Shown piece after piece: positions 1 through 14,995 of a stretch of 64,000 nt of DNA. The notes below the pieces were generated by a model that had not been told where the DNA came from, searched no databases, and saw only the letters and a list, made by a program, of their open reading frames with translations. The stretch covers positions 207,328,001 through 207,392,000 of the forward strand of contig OZ024740.1 in NCBI GenBank assembly GCA_964016885.1. Direction: 5' to 3'. The position numbers and the translations under genes were made by a program. Numbering within the stretch: the first letter of the stretch is position 1; every line of letters begins with the position of its first letter. Source of the stretch: Eledone cirrhosa. Taxonomy: Eukaryota.

Positions 1-44
1 CCTACACAGATGTAAGAACCATCTTAATACACACTAACAGACAG

Positions 45-75
<31 letters not shown>

Positions 76-330
76 TAAACATGTTGATAGATACAAAACC
101 TACACAGATGTAAGAACCATCTTGATACACACTAACAGACAGACACACACACACACACACAATCATAAACATATTGATAGATACAAAACCTACACAGATG
201 TAAGAACCATCTTGATACACACTAACAGACAGACAGACACACACACATTCATAAACATGTTGATAGATACAAAACATACACATGTAAAAACCTTCGTGGT
301 GCATAGATAAACACTAACAGACACAAATGC
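1..330. repeat. Tandem repeat, ~90-98 bp unit with internal (CA)n, ~3.5 copies
   Basis: cctacacagatgtaagaaccatctt recurs at 1, 99 and 189. Confidence 0.9.
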
Positions 331-341
331 AAATACACAAA

Positions 342-512
342 GCTTCTACAGGACTAGAACTGTTTCATACGAAGGAAATCATCAGTTCTTCCTGATTATT
401 TCCTTCCAATGAAACAGTTCTAGTCCTGTAGAAGCCATTTCTATATTAAATATTATATATACTCTACTATGTATTGAGTACCTTACTTACTGTGGCTACT
501 CCCGATTGAACC

Positions 513-513
<1 letters not shown>
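342..513 (+). mobile_element. PLE-type terminal fragment, HHR family A, with short inverted duplication
   Basis: Inverted arms 342-385/392-435 carry CTGAT(G/T)A-TTTCCTTC..AT-GAAACAG-TTCTAGTC-CTGTA-GAAG. Homologous to 28995-29172 and 38162-38345. Confidence 0.8.
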
Positions 514-584
<71 letters not shown>

Positions 585-834
585 ATATCCCAACAGAGGA
601 TCTGCTCAGTTTCCAGAAACGGAACGAGCCCTCGGATGATATATATTCATATTTTTCTATCTACTCTGTACTTCAACGTGTATTGAGTACTCCCTCAATT
701 AGCAGTCTTCGCGGTTTTCTAAATCATTCAATAACCTTACAAATGTTTCAATACAAGTTATTTAACTAATATTTATTACAATGTAGTAAAACGAAAAGAG
801 AATAAATATATTGGGTATTATAACAACGCATTAG

Positions 835-1021
835 GGCGGTGAATTGGTAGTATTGGTAGAGGGTCAGACATGCTTTCCAGCGTAGTTACATCCCTTTACG
901 ATCTGAGTTCAAATCCTGCCGAGGTTAACTTTGCCTTTCATCCTTACGGGGTCGATAAAATAAAGTACCAGTAATACACTGGGTAATTGCTGGCCTTGTG
1001 CTAAAAGTAGAAACAATTATC
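835..1021 (+). mobile_element. tRNA-derived SINE, family 1
   Basis: A-box-like ggtgaattggtagtattgg, B-box gagttcaaatcc, body gaggttaactttgcctttcatccttacggggtcgataaaataaagtaccag; many copies in window. Confidence 0.9.
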
Positions 1022-1261
1022 AAACATTGTACATATTCATAAGCAATATAAATGATTAAACAATGACCTGGTAAAGAGAAAGCCCAAAGGAAAAGATTGT
1101 TGTACCTTTCGAGGATTACATATTTAAACATATAGTCCTGGTATAGCAACATATCTATCTCTCTTAACATTTGAAAATCATGAAACTTGTGAAACCGGTA
1201 AATTTATACATTATTGTAAATAAACCTTCTTAAAGACTCCAACTGCATTTTCAAGTTTTTT

Positions 1262-1660
<399 letters not shown>

Positions 1661-1691
1661 ACGAAATTCCAATAATTCGTCTGCGTCATAC

Positions 1692-1744
<53 letters not shown>

Positions 1745-3268
1745 CTACAAGGCCTGGAATATTGTGAAGGAAAAATATAAGTTTGTGGACGGGTTATTAA
1801 TAGAACGTGACGCCGACTTAGTCACCTATTTACTTATATAAAAATAACAATGTTTGTGTCTGAACAGCTTGATTGGTTTCAAGCGACTTATTTCTTAATT
1901 AACTCTTTAGTGGAAATAGAGATAAAATGACACAGAAACACACATATATATATATTTACATAAATATAAGCATGAACACACACGTACTTGCAAACATTTA
2001 CATAACTACACACACACATACACAACACATGTATATTTACATAAACACGAACACAAACACATATATTAACATAATTACAAGTACGAACATACAAACACGT
2101 ACCTGTATACACACAAATTTGTATAAATATGAAAACACGCAGACATTATCTCCCCCTCTATTACACAGGTATTCACACAAACCCACCATTATACATACAT
2201 ACTCCTAAATACAAACACACATTATCTTCCCCTCTATTACACAGGTATTCACACAAACTCACCATTATACATACACACCCCTAAATACAAACACACACAC
2301 AACCTTAATAAGCCATTATTTTTGAAACAATAGAAGTGATATGTAACGAACAAAAACATGAAAAGAATAAAAAAAAACTAACTAGGTTCACTCCCCCTTC
2401 AATTACATACATACATACATACATATATGCATACATAAGTACTTATATACATACAGGCACGCATGCATGCATAAATACATACATAAATGCATACATACGT
2501 ACATGTATACATACATACATACATACATACATATTTGCAAACAAACATACATACATACATACATATATTCATACATAATACATATTTATCTTCTCTTCCT
2601 CTCTTTATATGCATGATTGGTTGGTTGAACAAACATGATCAGCCACAGCGACTATATTAGCAAATAATATCGAAGTATTATGCAGGCATGTTCAACGAAA
2701 GACTCAACATTAATTTGGTTAACAATTAGTCTCCAAGCACCAAGGATCTAAACCTTCTTTAATAATATTGAACATAATCGATAACATTTTATACTTCAAC
2801 TGATGAGGAAACTGGAGATAAATATTAACTGACGTCAAGAGAAGAAGTTTCTTCAAGACACTGGAAAACCCAAGGGCTACCCAAACCCATAGCTATTTAC
2901 GTTAACAGTCTTCCCGGAATTGTTACTCCTTGATGCCTGCATGTCTAGATTGGATTGTCTCCCTTTACATCATAGTCCATCATGCTTTATGTTTGACCTG
3001 AAACATATTCGACCACGTGATTCTCCTTGGTGAACGACAATCAGCCCATCTTGTGCCCCACCTGTGTGAAACTCTAATTAACAATTTGAGTGAATCACCA
3101 ACTGTGATTCCCAATACATATAAACACTACACCAGGTATTGAGTACTGTTTGGTCCCATTTCCTTCATAAATAAAGATAGAGAGGGGGGGGGGAGAGGTA
3201 CATGAACAAACGAATGAAAGGAGAAATCAACATAAAATGTATATATTATTGTATATATATTAACTAAA

Positions 3269-3461
3269 GGGCGGTGAATTGGCAGTATCGGTAGAGGGTT
3301 GAACGCCATGCGTTGACGCATAGAGTTACTTCCCTTGCCATTCTGAGTTCAAATCCCGCCGAGGTTAACTTTGCCTTTCATCCTTATGGGGTCGATAAAA
3401 TAAAGTACCAGTAATGCACCGGGAAATTGCTGGCCTTGTGCCAAAAGTAGAAACAATTATT
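3269..3461 (+). mobile_element. tRNA-derived SINE, family 1
   Basis: Full head-to-tail match to 835-1021. Confidence 0.9.
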
Positions 3462-3699
3462 GTATATATATTAACACTTTGGCTTATCCAAGTATTTCCA
3501 TTGGTTTCATAGACAAACAAATACATGTGACTCATTTGATGACACACTATTTCTAGTGTGTGTATGTATGTGTGGGTATGAGTATGTGTGTGTATGTATG
3601 AGTTTGTGTGTGTGGGTGTGATAAAAGGAAATATATTTTGGGAATGAAGATAGTGATCTTTCAATGTCATGGTCATAAAAATAATATTAATAACAATTA

Positions 3700-3965
3700 T
3701 TATAGCAGCGGTGGTGGTGGCAGTAATGGTGGTAGTGGTGGTAGAAGTAATGGTGGTGGCTGTAGCGGCTGTAGTGGTGGTGGCAGTAACGGTGCTGGTA
3801 GCGGCAGTGGTAGTAGTAGCGGCTGTAGTGGTGGTGATTGCAGTAATGGTGGTGGCGGCAGTGGTGCAGTAATGGTGGTTGAGGTGATAGTAATGGTGGC
3901 AGTAACGGTGGTGGTAGTGGTGGTAGCGCCGGTAATAATGGTGGTGGTGATGGTGTCAGCAGTAA
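3700..3965. repeat. Degenerate (GGT/AGT)n trinucleotide tract
   Basis: Direct reading. Confidence 0.85.
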
Positions 3966-4027
3966 TCAACGAAAAAATATAAAATATATTTATCGTGTCT
4001 TCATTAACATCGGGATTTTATGCTTAC

Positions 4028-4231
4028 CTCTTTTTTTTTGTAATAATTTTTGTAATAATTAACCGGTTTGTAATAAAAAGTAAAACCCCAATGCAATTAC
4101 CACTCCTCGACTCTTACATTAATGCCAACCCCACCACCTTCACCACCAATGAGGATAACATTCTATGAAGTTGTAACAAATGTCTCCGTTTTTTCTCAAG
4201 CAAATTCTCAACGAGTGAATTTGGTCAAAGG
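4028..4231 (-). other. Candidate non-coding exon
   Basis: Long CT tract ending ctctctcAG before 4231; donor GAG/GTAAGC after 4028; stops in all three frames. Confidence 0.35.
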
Positions 4232-4890
4232 CTGAGAGAGAGAGGGAGAGTGTGGAGAGAGAGGGGTGGAGAGAGAGAGGAGAGAGGGGTGGAGAGAGAG
4301 AGAGGAGAGAAGGGGTGGAGAGAGAGAGAGAGGCGAAGCGCGGGTAGGGAGAGAGGAGAAAGAGTGAGAAAGAGAGTGAGAGAGATAGGGGAACTGGTGA
4401 GAAAGAGTGAAGAGCCACAAAGAGGAGAGAAAGGAGAAAGGGTGAGTGAGAAAGAAAGAGCGAAAAAGAGAAAGGGTGAGAGAGTTAGGAATGAGGCTAA
4501 TCAAAAGTGAACAGCAGATATTGTCTGTCAGTGAGTATATTAATCAAACCAATGGTGTGCAAGAAATACAACAACAACAACAACAACAACTATGACAACA
4601 AACAGCAGGAGAAGCTACATAGAGAGATTAGTTGTGGCGTAGTTAGGTAGTAGATTAGATTAGGACGTTGGTTTATGTCAGATTAAAATACGGTCGGCTG
4701 TTACAAGATGGAAAATAGAGGGAAAAATGATAGGAAATATTTACAGAAAAAAATAAGAGTGAAGTGGTTAAAACAGTTTTTATGGTTGTTTTGAGGAAAA
4801 TTGAGGACTACAAACGAAAACATATGCAAGCACGTATGTGGGTGTTTGTGGGTTTTATGCGTAAAGAAGGTGTAAATAGTGATAACTTAA

Positions 4891-5088
4891 CCCTTTAGCA
4901 TTTAAACCAGCCATATCCGACTAGAATTCTTGCACATCTTTCTGTTTAAATTGGCTGCTCATACTTATGTTAAGGTATTGTTCACAAAATAAATAATATC
5001 AAAATCTTGTAGATTCAATATTATGTGAGATCAAGTGTTTACTGTAAAAATACAACAGTAAATATAGAGTAATGTAAATGCTAAAGGG
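4891..5088. mobile_element. piggyBac-type MITE
   Basis: TIR ccctttagcattta...taaatgctaaaggg flanked by TTAA on both sides; second copy at 33395-33599. Confidence 0.85.
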
Positions 5089-5322
5089 TTAAAGTTAATA
5101 TATTTCTTTGGTGATAGGACTACTTGATCAGTGATGACCTGGGGATAAATAACACTATGGCTTTAGGAAAGATTGTTCCAGACAAAACAAAGATTAAGGA
5201 AATATGAAAGGAAAATTAAATTAAATTCGAACACATATAATGTCTTTAATATAGAAAGACAAGTAGACCCACTTGATATATATATATATGAAAACAGGGA
5301 GAAAAAGACGATTATTAGGAAG

Positions 5323-5427
<105 letters not shown>

Positions 5428-5504
5428 GGAATACAAAAAACAGACAACACAGGAGTACATGTTACAAATAGTATTAGTTTCACGCTTAGTGAGAGTGAGA
5501 TATA

Positions 5505-6022
5505 TCTATCTTCTATCTATACATATAAAAGCGAGGATGTGTGTGTGTCTGTGGACAACTATGGACAGCTAAAGCTTTTACAATTCCTAACTGAATTTGA
5601 CCAAATTTTCTGTGCACGTTGCACCTGTCGCTAAGACGGTCACATCACAAACATTTTTCAAATCGACCCACGTTGAGCAATAAAAAATCGATAACAAAAT
5701 TATTTTTTCTAAAGTGCATAATGTAAGGTAGAAATCAATCAAAACAAAATCCTTATGGAACTTTCCACCATTCAAACTGTTGGGACCTACAACTTTTCAG
5801 CTGTAGCTTGCACATTTTTTGTCACTCGCGACAAAATTGTAGGTGTTTATTCTCTGCACTACAAGGCTCTTAAGCGAGCATCTATTTTATTCTAAGTCAC
5901 ATGCCTGTGTCAGCAAACCCATAAAAACTAAATCCTTATGGGATTTTCCATTCAATTTACTTCCTAGCTGTATATTCTTAGCATAATTTCAAACGCCGGG
6001 CAACGCCGGGTAAATCTTCTAG
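5505..6022 (+). mobile_element. Non-autonomous Helitron
   Basis: 5' TC(tatc...atataaaa); 3' hairpin gccgggcaacgccggg then CTAG (6019-6022); A/T insertion site. Confidence 0.75.
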
Positions 6023-6380
6023 TATATATATATAAACACAATCCATGGAAAGATGAATGATTTCTGCCAAACGTACCGACCGATAAAGATGACAAGCTTG
6101 TTAATATTTACAAACTGTATTTAGTTTATCTAGTGTGTGTGTGTGTGTGTGGGGGGGGGGGGGGCTTTGTGTATGTGTTCATTTAGTGGCTCAGTGGTGA
6201 AACACCATAGTAACAAAGTTCACTATTTAGCCATTAAATGAATATTTAAACTCTTCAAAATGCATTGCAGACACTCAAATCAGGAATAGTTAAGTTATTG
6301 CAATGACTGGGTTTCATTTCTCTAATCTTCAGCGAGTTGGAACTATCAGTCAATGGAATATATTGATCTTCTTAACTAAT

Positions 6381-6478
6381 AATTGTTTCTCTATTTGGCA
6401 CAAGGCCAGCTATTACCAAGTACATTACTGGTACTTTATTTTATCGACCCCGTAAGGATGAAAGGCAAAGTTAACCTC
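6381..6478 (-). mobile_element. SINE family 1, 3' fragment
   Basis: Reverse complement of SINE body. Confidence 0.85.
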
Positions 6479-7339
6479 TAACTAATAATATTCTTCGACC
6501 TCGTTTACGTTCTTTCACTACCTGCCTGAAAAAGAAATCAGCTGTAGAGGTGTGGCTGCTGATAGGTTTAAAACATGCCTGAGTAAAAGGTGGTAATTTT
6601 ATGGCTGTTTTGGGGAAAATTATTACAACAGCGCCTCTATGACACCATTGGGATTTCTGGGATCAGTGTTTAGTGATCAGCCTAGTTCTATAATTATCTT
6701 GTAAATATAAGAGTTCTTTTCCTTAACCCGGAACTATGTCAGTCTATATCTATTGTTTAAACGTATTTCGTAGAACTGAAAGATTGTAGTAAACTGATGC
6801 TTAATTTCCTGATAAATGCTAGCTAAAATAATTTGAATCGGTTTTTGTCTTCTGATTCATGTGGTGTATCTTTTTGTCTTCTGATTCATGTGTACCTTCT
6901 TTTTTTAAAACTTCATTTGTAGTATTTTATATATAGTACTGATCAGCTGTTCTGCTAATGTCAATGAGTGAATATATATATATATATATATATAAATATA
7001 AATGAAAAGTATAGAAATTATTGTGAGCGTGAAGCCAACAGTATTTCATAATATATAAGTGACTATAACGTCAAAATGGAAAAATAGTTAACGTAAGATA
7101 TATATATATATATATATATGTCTCTGTGTGTGTGTGTGTTTGTTAATTAGAGTATGTGTTTATCACTGACACTTTAGTATGCAGGGTAGAGCACTCGACG
7201 AAGTACACAAGTGGGTCATAACTGTTGCATAACGGTTATCATCGAGATATATATAACAGCGATTATGAATAAACGAAGTGAATTACAACCTATATATATA
7301 TACCCCACCTTTCTCTCTCTGTCTCGCGATATATGTGTG

Positions 7340-7393
<54 letters not shown>

Positions 7394-7619
7394 TGTGTGT
7401 ATCGCCCCCTCTCTCTCAGTTTGTTCTTTTTCATCTCAATTTTTCTTTCTTTTTTATACGACAATGACTCCTCAGTCATTGGGAGAGCTAGGTAGATGAA
7501 GAGGTTGGGGAGTGAGATAGAAAGCTGGGTGGGGTGGGGGAGTGATGTTAGATAGAAATATAAGAGTAGGGCTGGTGAGAAGTGTAAGACAAGAGAAACC
7601 AAAGATTAAAAAATATTAC

Positions 7620-7656
7620 AAAAATAACAAATAAAACAAAAAAGATTGGTTAAGGT

Positions 7657-7700
<44 letters not shown>

Positions 7701-7925
7701 GGTTGTATTGGTAAGCTAGATGATGATGGTGATGATGATAGTTGTATTGGTAAGTTGGATGATGATGGTGATGATGATAGTTGTATTGGTAAGCTAGATG
7801 ATGATGATGATGATGATGATAGTGATGATGGTTGTATTGGTAAGTTGGATGATGATGATGATGACGATGACGATGATGATGATGACGATGATGATGATGA
7901 TGATGATGATGATGCCGACGACACC
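7620..7925. repeat. (GAT)n-based compound minisatellite
   Basis: gttgtattggtaag(c/t)t(a/g) units separated by (GAT)n. Confidence 0.9.
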
Positions 7926-8206
7926 GAAAGGAGGAGATGTTTCATGATGCGGAAAAAGGGAACGTTTCTTCTGTTTTTTTAAAATTAATTTTCCCCCCTG
8001 ACTTGTCACGGTTGTTGTTCTAGCTGTTGCTGTCATCTGCCCTAATTCTATTACATTGATGATAACAGCAGCAATAAAACTTATTTGCTGACATTTAATC
8101 ACCACATTTCACTGATTATTAATTGCTAATTAAGCAATTTATTCACTCTTTTGTATTCACACAGTTGATAAACTGCCAACAGACATTACACTGCATACAC
8201 GACAGA

Positions 8207-10887
8207 GTGTATATACAGATATACAACAGTGTGTGGAGGGTGTATAGCTGTAGATATACTGTATTGTGTGTACAACTGTGATTGGTGTGTATATATACAG
8301 ATATACAACAGTGTGTGGAGGGTGTATAGCTGTAGATATACTGTATTGTGTGTACAACTGTGATTGGTGTGTATATATACAGATATACAACAGTGTGTGG
8401 AGGGTGTATAGTTGTAGATATACTGTATTGTGTGTACAACTGTGATTGGTGTGTGTATATACAGATATACAATAGTGTGTGGTGGGTGTATAGCTGTAGA
8501 TATACTGTATTGTGTGTACAACTGTGATTGGTGTGTGTATATACAGATATACAATAGTGTGTGGTGGGTGTATAGCTGTAGATATACTGTATTGGGTATA
8601 CAACTGTGATTGGTGTGTGTATATATAGATATACAACAGTGTGTGGAGGGTGTATAGCTGTAGATATACTGTATTGTGTGTACAACTGTGATTGGTGTGT
8701 GTATATATAGATATACAATAGTGTGTGGAGGGTGTATAGCTGTAGATATACTGTATTGTGTATACAACTGTGATTGGTGTGTGTATATACAGATATACAA
8801 CAGTGTGTGGAGGGTGTATAGCTGTAGATATACTGTATTGTGTATACAACTGTGATTGGTGTGTGTATATATAGATATACAACAGTGTGTGGAGGGTGTA
8901 TAGCTGTAGATATACTGTATTGTGTATACAACTGTGATTGGTGTGTATATATACAGATATACAACAGTGTGTGGAGGGTGTATAGCTGTAGATATACTGT
9001 ATTGTGTATACAACTGTGATTGGTGTGTGTATATATAGATATACAACAGTGTGTGGAGGGTGTATAGCTGTAGATATACTGTATTGTGTATACAACTGTG
9101 ATTGGTGTGTATATATACAGATATACAACAGTGTGTGGTGGGTGTATAGCTGTAGATATACTGTATTGGGTATACAACTGTGATTGGTGTGTATATATAC
9201 AGATATACAACAGTGTGTGGAGGGTGTATAGCTGTAGATATACTGTATTGTGTATACAACTGTGATTGGTGTGTGTATATACAGATATACAACAGTGTGT
9301 GGTGGGTGTATAGCTGTAGATATACTGTATTGTGTATACAACTGTGATTGGTGTGTGTATATATAGATATACAACAGTGTGTGTATAGCTGTAGATATAC
9401 TGTATTGTGTATACAACTGTGATTGGTGTGTGTATATATAGATATACAACAGTGTGTGGTGGGTGTATAGTTGTAGATATACTGTATTGGGTATACAACT
9501 GTGATTGGTGTGTGTATATACAGATATACAACAGTGTGTGTGTGGTGGGTGTATAACTGTAGATATACTGTATTGGGTATACAACTGTGATTGGTGTGTA
9601 TATATAGATATACAACAGTGTGTGGTGGGTGTATAGTTGTAGATATACTGTATTGGGTATACAACTGTGATTGGTGTGTGTATATATAGATATACAACAG
9701 TGTGTGGTGGGTGTATAGCTGTAGATATACTGTATTGTGTATACAACTGTGATTGGTGTGTGTATATATAGATATACAACAGTGTGTGGTGGGTGTATAG
9801 TTGTAGATATACTGTATTGGGTATACAACTGTGATTGGTGTGTGTATATACAGATATACAACAGTGTGTGTGTGGTGGGTGTATAACTGTAGATATACTG
9901 TATTGGGTATACAACTGTGATTGGTGTGTATATATAGATATACAACAGTGTGTGGTGGGTGTATAGTTGTAGATATACTGTATTGGGTATACAACTGTGA
10001 TTGGTGTGTGTATATATAGATATACAACAGTGTGTGGTGGGTGTATAGCTGTAGATATACTGTATTGGGTATACAACTGTGATTGGTGTGTGTATATATA
10101 GATATACAACAATGTGTGGTGGGTGTATAGTTGTAGATATACTGTATTGGGTATACAACTGTGATTGGTGTGTGTATATATAGATATACAACAGTGTGTG
10201 GTGGGTGTATAGCTGTAGATATAATGTATTGGGTATACAACTGTGATTGGTGTGTATATATACAGATATACAACAGTGTGTGGTGGGTGTATAGCTGTAG
10301 ATATACTGTATTGTGTATACAACTGTGATTGGTGTGTGTATATATAGATATACAACAGTGTGTGGAGGGTGTATAGCTGTAGATATACTGTATTGTGTAT
10401 ACAACTGTGATTGGTGTGTGTATATACAGATATACAACAGTGTGTGGAGGGTGTATAGCTGTAGATATACTGTATTGTGTATACAACTGTGATTGGTGTG
10501 TGTATATATAGATATACAACAGTGTGTGGTGGGTGTATAGCTGTAGATATACTGTATTGTGTATACAACTGTGATTGGTGTGTGTATATATAGATATACA
10601 ACAGTGTGTGGTGGGTGTATAGCTGTAGATATACTGTATTGTGTATACAACTGTGATTGGTGTGTGTATATATAGATATACAACAGTGTGTGGTGGGTGT
10701 ATAGCTGTAGATATACTGTATTGTGTATACAACTGTGATTGGTGTGTGTATATACAGATATACAACAGTGTGTGGTGGGTGTATAGCTGTAGATATACTG
10801 TATTGTGTATACAACTGTGATTGGTGTGTGTATATATAGATATACAACAGTGTGTGGTGGGTGTATAGCTGTAGATATACTGTATTG
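8207..10887. repeat. 82-bp minisatellite, ~33 copies
   Basis: tacaactgtg at 8271, 8353, 8435; period not a multiple of 3, so all three minus frames cycle the same peptide. Confidence 0.97.
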
Positions 10888-11686
10888 GTGTGGTGTATAG
10901 GTCTGTGGCTTGGTGTATAAATGTATACATATAGAGCAGTGTGCGTGTGCATGTGTACAGATGTGTGTATAAAGAGAAAAAGAAGGAGGGAGATCTACAT
11001 CCTTGCTTGGTCGGATCTCAGCTGCGACCCGCGGACAAAATGGCGAAAGTATTACCGCAGTCAACAGCCAGCGATACACACTGCCTCAGCCTCATCCCCT
11101 TACGGCCTCCTTCCTGAAATGGGATACACACCTCCCGATTCAGCGGAGGAAAATGTCCGATCAGGGACCGAAGACACTGTAGGTGTCAACGGAAACAGTC
11201 AAACCCCAGAATTTTCGTTACCCTTTGCTCCTCTGTGTTATGGGCGGTGATGGATAGATTTAAGGTTGAACCGTTAGGTCAGGTCCCAAAATATGGCATC
11301 CTAGATTAAGGATTCATGCCCCCTCGGACGGGAAAAGGGCTATCCCAGCTGGGAACCCCCCCCCCCCCCCCCCGAACGGAAAGTCTATACCACCTAGGCA
11401 TCCCCCTCGAATGGGAAATGGGCTACCGTCACCGTTGACGAGGCCAACTGACTCGAGCAGCACGTGTAAATGTGTATAGATGTAACAGTATGCTTAAGAG
11501 TGTAACGGTATCAGTCCTGTATGTATATTTATGTTCAAGTGTGTGTGTGTACAATCTTGTGAAAGTGTATATGTATAGCTGTGTACAGTAGTAATGTGCG
11601 TGTTTATCTATTAAAATAAGCGTACGTGCACAAATAGCAGTGGCATACATGGTTAGGTGTACGTATTATTTTATGTAAACGATGTT

Positions 11687-11745
<59 letters not shown>

Positions 11746-11763
11746 TATATATACATATGTATA

Positions 11764-11796
<33 letters not shown>

Positions 11797-11832
11797 GTAT
11801 ATACACACACACACATATATATTCACACACCT

Positions 11833-11868
<36 letters not shown>

Positions 11869-12344
11869 GGAAGTGGAGATAAGAAAGAAGACATAAAAAT
11901 CAGCCAACTTTTTCGACAAGGTATATGAGTGTATGTGTACAAGACAACCACTACCCAACACAATAACACACAATATATACTGTACATATATATACACAAT
12001 ATATACTGTACATAACCACCACCCATATAATGCAACCCACGCAGCACATATTTATATAACCACCACATGATACAAACTACATTATAAAGCTTATTAAATA
12101 GACAATATACTAAAATAACCCCAGAAAGAAAACAAAGTCCACAACAAAGTAAAATACGTTTAGTATATGAGAAACACAATTCTACAACTCACAAAGGACA
12201 TACTCTGTGAACATGATGAATTTCTGATAAAGGCACAAATACCACTGGTAAGTACATCTCACCTACACAAAACCCACACATAAATAATGGATTTAGCAGT
12301 TGTTATTAAAATACTTAAAAAGCAGGTTGAATTGGGCCCTATAT

Positions 12345-13001
12345 TTTACATCTGGCCTGAACATATAACCAACTATGGGAGCCAGATAGTTTACATCTGA
12401 CCTGGGTATATAACCAGCTTTGGAGGCTAAAGAGTTTACATCTGACCTGGGTATATAACCAACTTTGGAGGCTAAAGAGTTTACATCTGGCCTGGGCATA
12501 TAACCAACTTTGGGGACTAAAGAGTTGACATCTGATCAGGGCTTATAACCAAATATGAGAGCCAAAGGGTTGACATCTGACTTGGGCATATAACCAACGT
12601 TGGGGGCTAAAGAGTTGACATCTGACTTGGGTATATAACCAATTTTGGAGGCTGAACCGTTTACAGCTGACCAGCGCATATAACCAGCTTTGGAGCCTAA
12701 AGAGTTTACATCTGACCTGGGTTTATAACCAACTTTGGGGACAAAAAGTTACATCTGACCTGGGTATATAACCAACTTTGGAGGCTAAAGTGTTTATGGT
12801 TGACCTGGGCACATAACCAGCTTTGGAGGCTAAATAGTTTACATCTGGCCAGGGCATATAACCAGCTTTGGAGGCTAAAGAGTTTATATCTGACCTGGGC
12901 ATATAACCAACTTTGGAGGCTGAACCGTTTACAGCTGACCTGAGCATATAACCAGCTTTGGAGGTTAAAGAGTTTACATCTGACCTGGGTATATAACCAG
13001 C
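12345..13001. repeat. 45-bp minisatellite, ~15 copies
   Basis: Unit tttacatctgacctgggtatataaccagctttggaggctaaagag; occasional shorter units break the frame. Confidence 0.95.
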
Positions 13002-13989
13002 AGTGTACGGACTTGAATGTCTGCATAGAAAGCAGTGAGGGAAAAGTGTGCTACAAAATATTCGCTGGTTGTCTGAAAGCTGCTAAGCATTGCTAGAGGA
13101 AGTGGTGCTGTCTGATGGTGCTGCTGTTGCACTTACAGACACTCTAGACAGTACCAAGAGAAAGACCACCCGACTAATTCACAAATGTCATACATTAACA
13201 CCCCTCATATTCAGAATTATATTTACATCGATATTAAATATGAATACTAATTATACAACAGGATTAATCAATGTATTTACTGTAATTACATTGATGTTTA
13301 CAAATCCTCAGTAGTTTTGATGTTTTATACAGAAATAAAACAAACGTTATGTTACAAATCTAAACACATTTATATAACTTAAAGCTGCTTATGTTTAAGT
13401 TGTACTTCTTAATACAGTAAATGACTGCCGTCGATATTACATTTCTGTTGCCACTTGGAGGAAGACAGCTTATACCAGATTTAATGGGGGCAAATACCCC
13501 GGAACCCCTGCAGCGGGGTCCCCAAGTCAAACCACCAAGGTCTAAATCCAACTCTGCTCATAAGTGTTTATTTTTTCAGAGCCACCGAAACTAAAAGGTG
13601 GGGGTTGTCTTTAAACCAGATACCAGGCCTCAATGTTTGCAGTGCTCCAAATTGCACAAACACCACCGCACCCTAGGTCCAACACCCTCTCCCCTTCCCC
13701 CTCCTTTTCTTCTATGGCCCTAGAGTCCTTGCTTTTCTCCCTCCCTTTCTTCTCATTTACAGCTTTTATAGTCCGTTCCTCTACTTTCCCCTCACAACCA
13801 GATCTGCCCTTTTTTTTACCCCTTCCCCATTTGTAATGTTATACAATTGTAAATAAAATCGAAGTTTTTTATGTATATTAATGATAACGGAAGAAAATTG
13901 TTCTATTTCATAGAAATAAAACTTAATGAAGGAATTGCATAAATATAAGACAACGAATTGACAGAGTCGCGTCCTCTGTAACAGGACAC

Positions 13990-14170
13990 CACGCTTCGTA
14001 GCATAGTTACGGCTCTTTACTTTTCTGGGTTCTAATCCCACCGAGTTTAGCTTTGCGTTTCATCCCTACAGGGTAGATAAATAAAGTACCAGTAATGTAC
14101 TGGTTCGATTTAATTGCCCCCCGCCCTTCAAATTGCTGGCCTTGTGCCTAAAATATAAACAAATTATTAT
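13990..14170 (+). mobile_element. SINE family 1, diverged
   Basis: gggttctaatccc B-box and agtaccagtaatgtactgg body. Confidence 0.75.
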
Positions 14171-14247
14171 GCAGTAGCAATAGTAGTGGTGGTAGTAGTA
14201 GTAGTGGTAGTAGTAATGATGGTGGTGGTGGTAGTAGTGGTGATGGC

Positions 14248-14284
<37 letters not shown>

Positions 14285-14285
14285 A

Positions 14286-14328
<43 letters not shown>

Positions 14329-14995
14329 GGTGGTAGTCAGTGAAGGGTGTGCGAAGGTTGTTTATTTATATTTCTAACTGTTCTGACAGATATAGGGATC
14401 TCTCTCTCAGTGAGTGAGTGAGTGTGTTATATGAGGTAGGGAAGCAACAGGAGAGTGGAGGGGGGAATAGAAGTGAACGATGGGATCAGAATAAGAGCAT
14501 ATATGGGAACAAATGGAGAGAAAGATACAGAGAGAAAGAGTGACAAAATTATAGAGACTAAGAATGACAAAAACACAGAGCACTGGAGAGAGAGGGGAGA
14601 GAGAGAGGGAGAGAGCGTCAGAAACAAAAACAGAATGGAAGAGCGTGTGAAAAAAAAAGAGAGAATGATATGAAGTCAAAAGAAAGCATAGGAGAAAAGA
14701 GAGGGGGGGGGGGAGAGTAAACGAGAGACATAGAGAAATAAGAGAGAAAAAGAGAGAAGCATCGCAAGAAGGGCGGGGGTTAGAGACGTGTTAGCATTAT
14801 TCTAAAAGTTTCCGTTTTGTTGAACGACATATTATTGATCGACAACGTACATGTGGCTTTGACATGGCTTAGCAAATCAAGAAAGCAGACGACACTGTAA
14901 AAGCTTTTCTTCTAACCGGCAACCATAATTACAGGTAAGTTGTATTGTGTAGAAGAGAGAGAGAGAGAGGGGGGGGGGTGTCTGTGTGTGTGTGC

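Noticed and set aside
835-920. tRNA gene
   Set aside because: The A/B boxes belong to SINE heads and no cloverleaf forms.
7211-7295. Peptide IMNKRSEL resembling a PLE endonuclease motif
   Set aside because: The DNA matches the non-coding aataaacgaag segment that follows family E ribozymes, and there is no CxxC context.
8143-11079. 900+ aa ORFs in three minus frames
   Set aside because: They are a product of the 82-bp repeat; the same peptide cycles through all frames.
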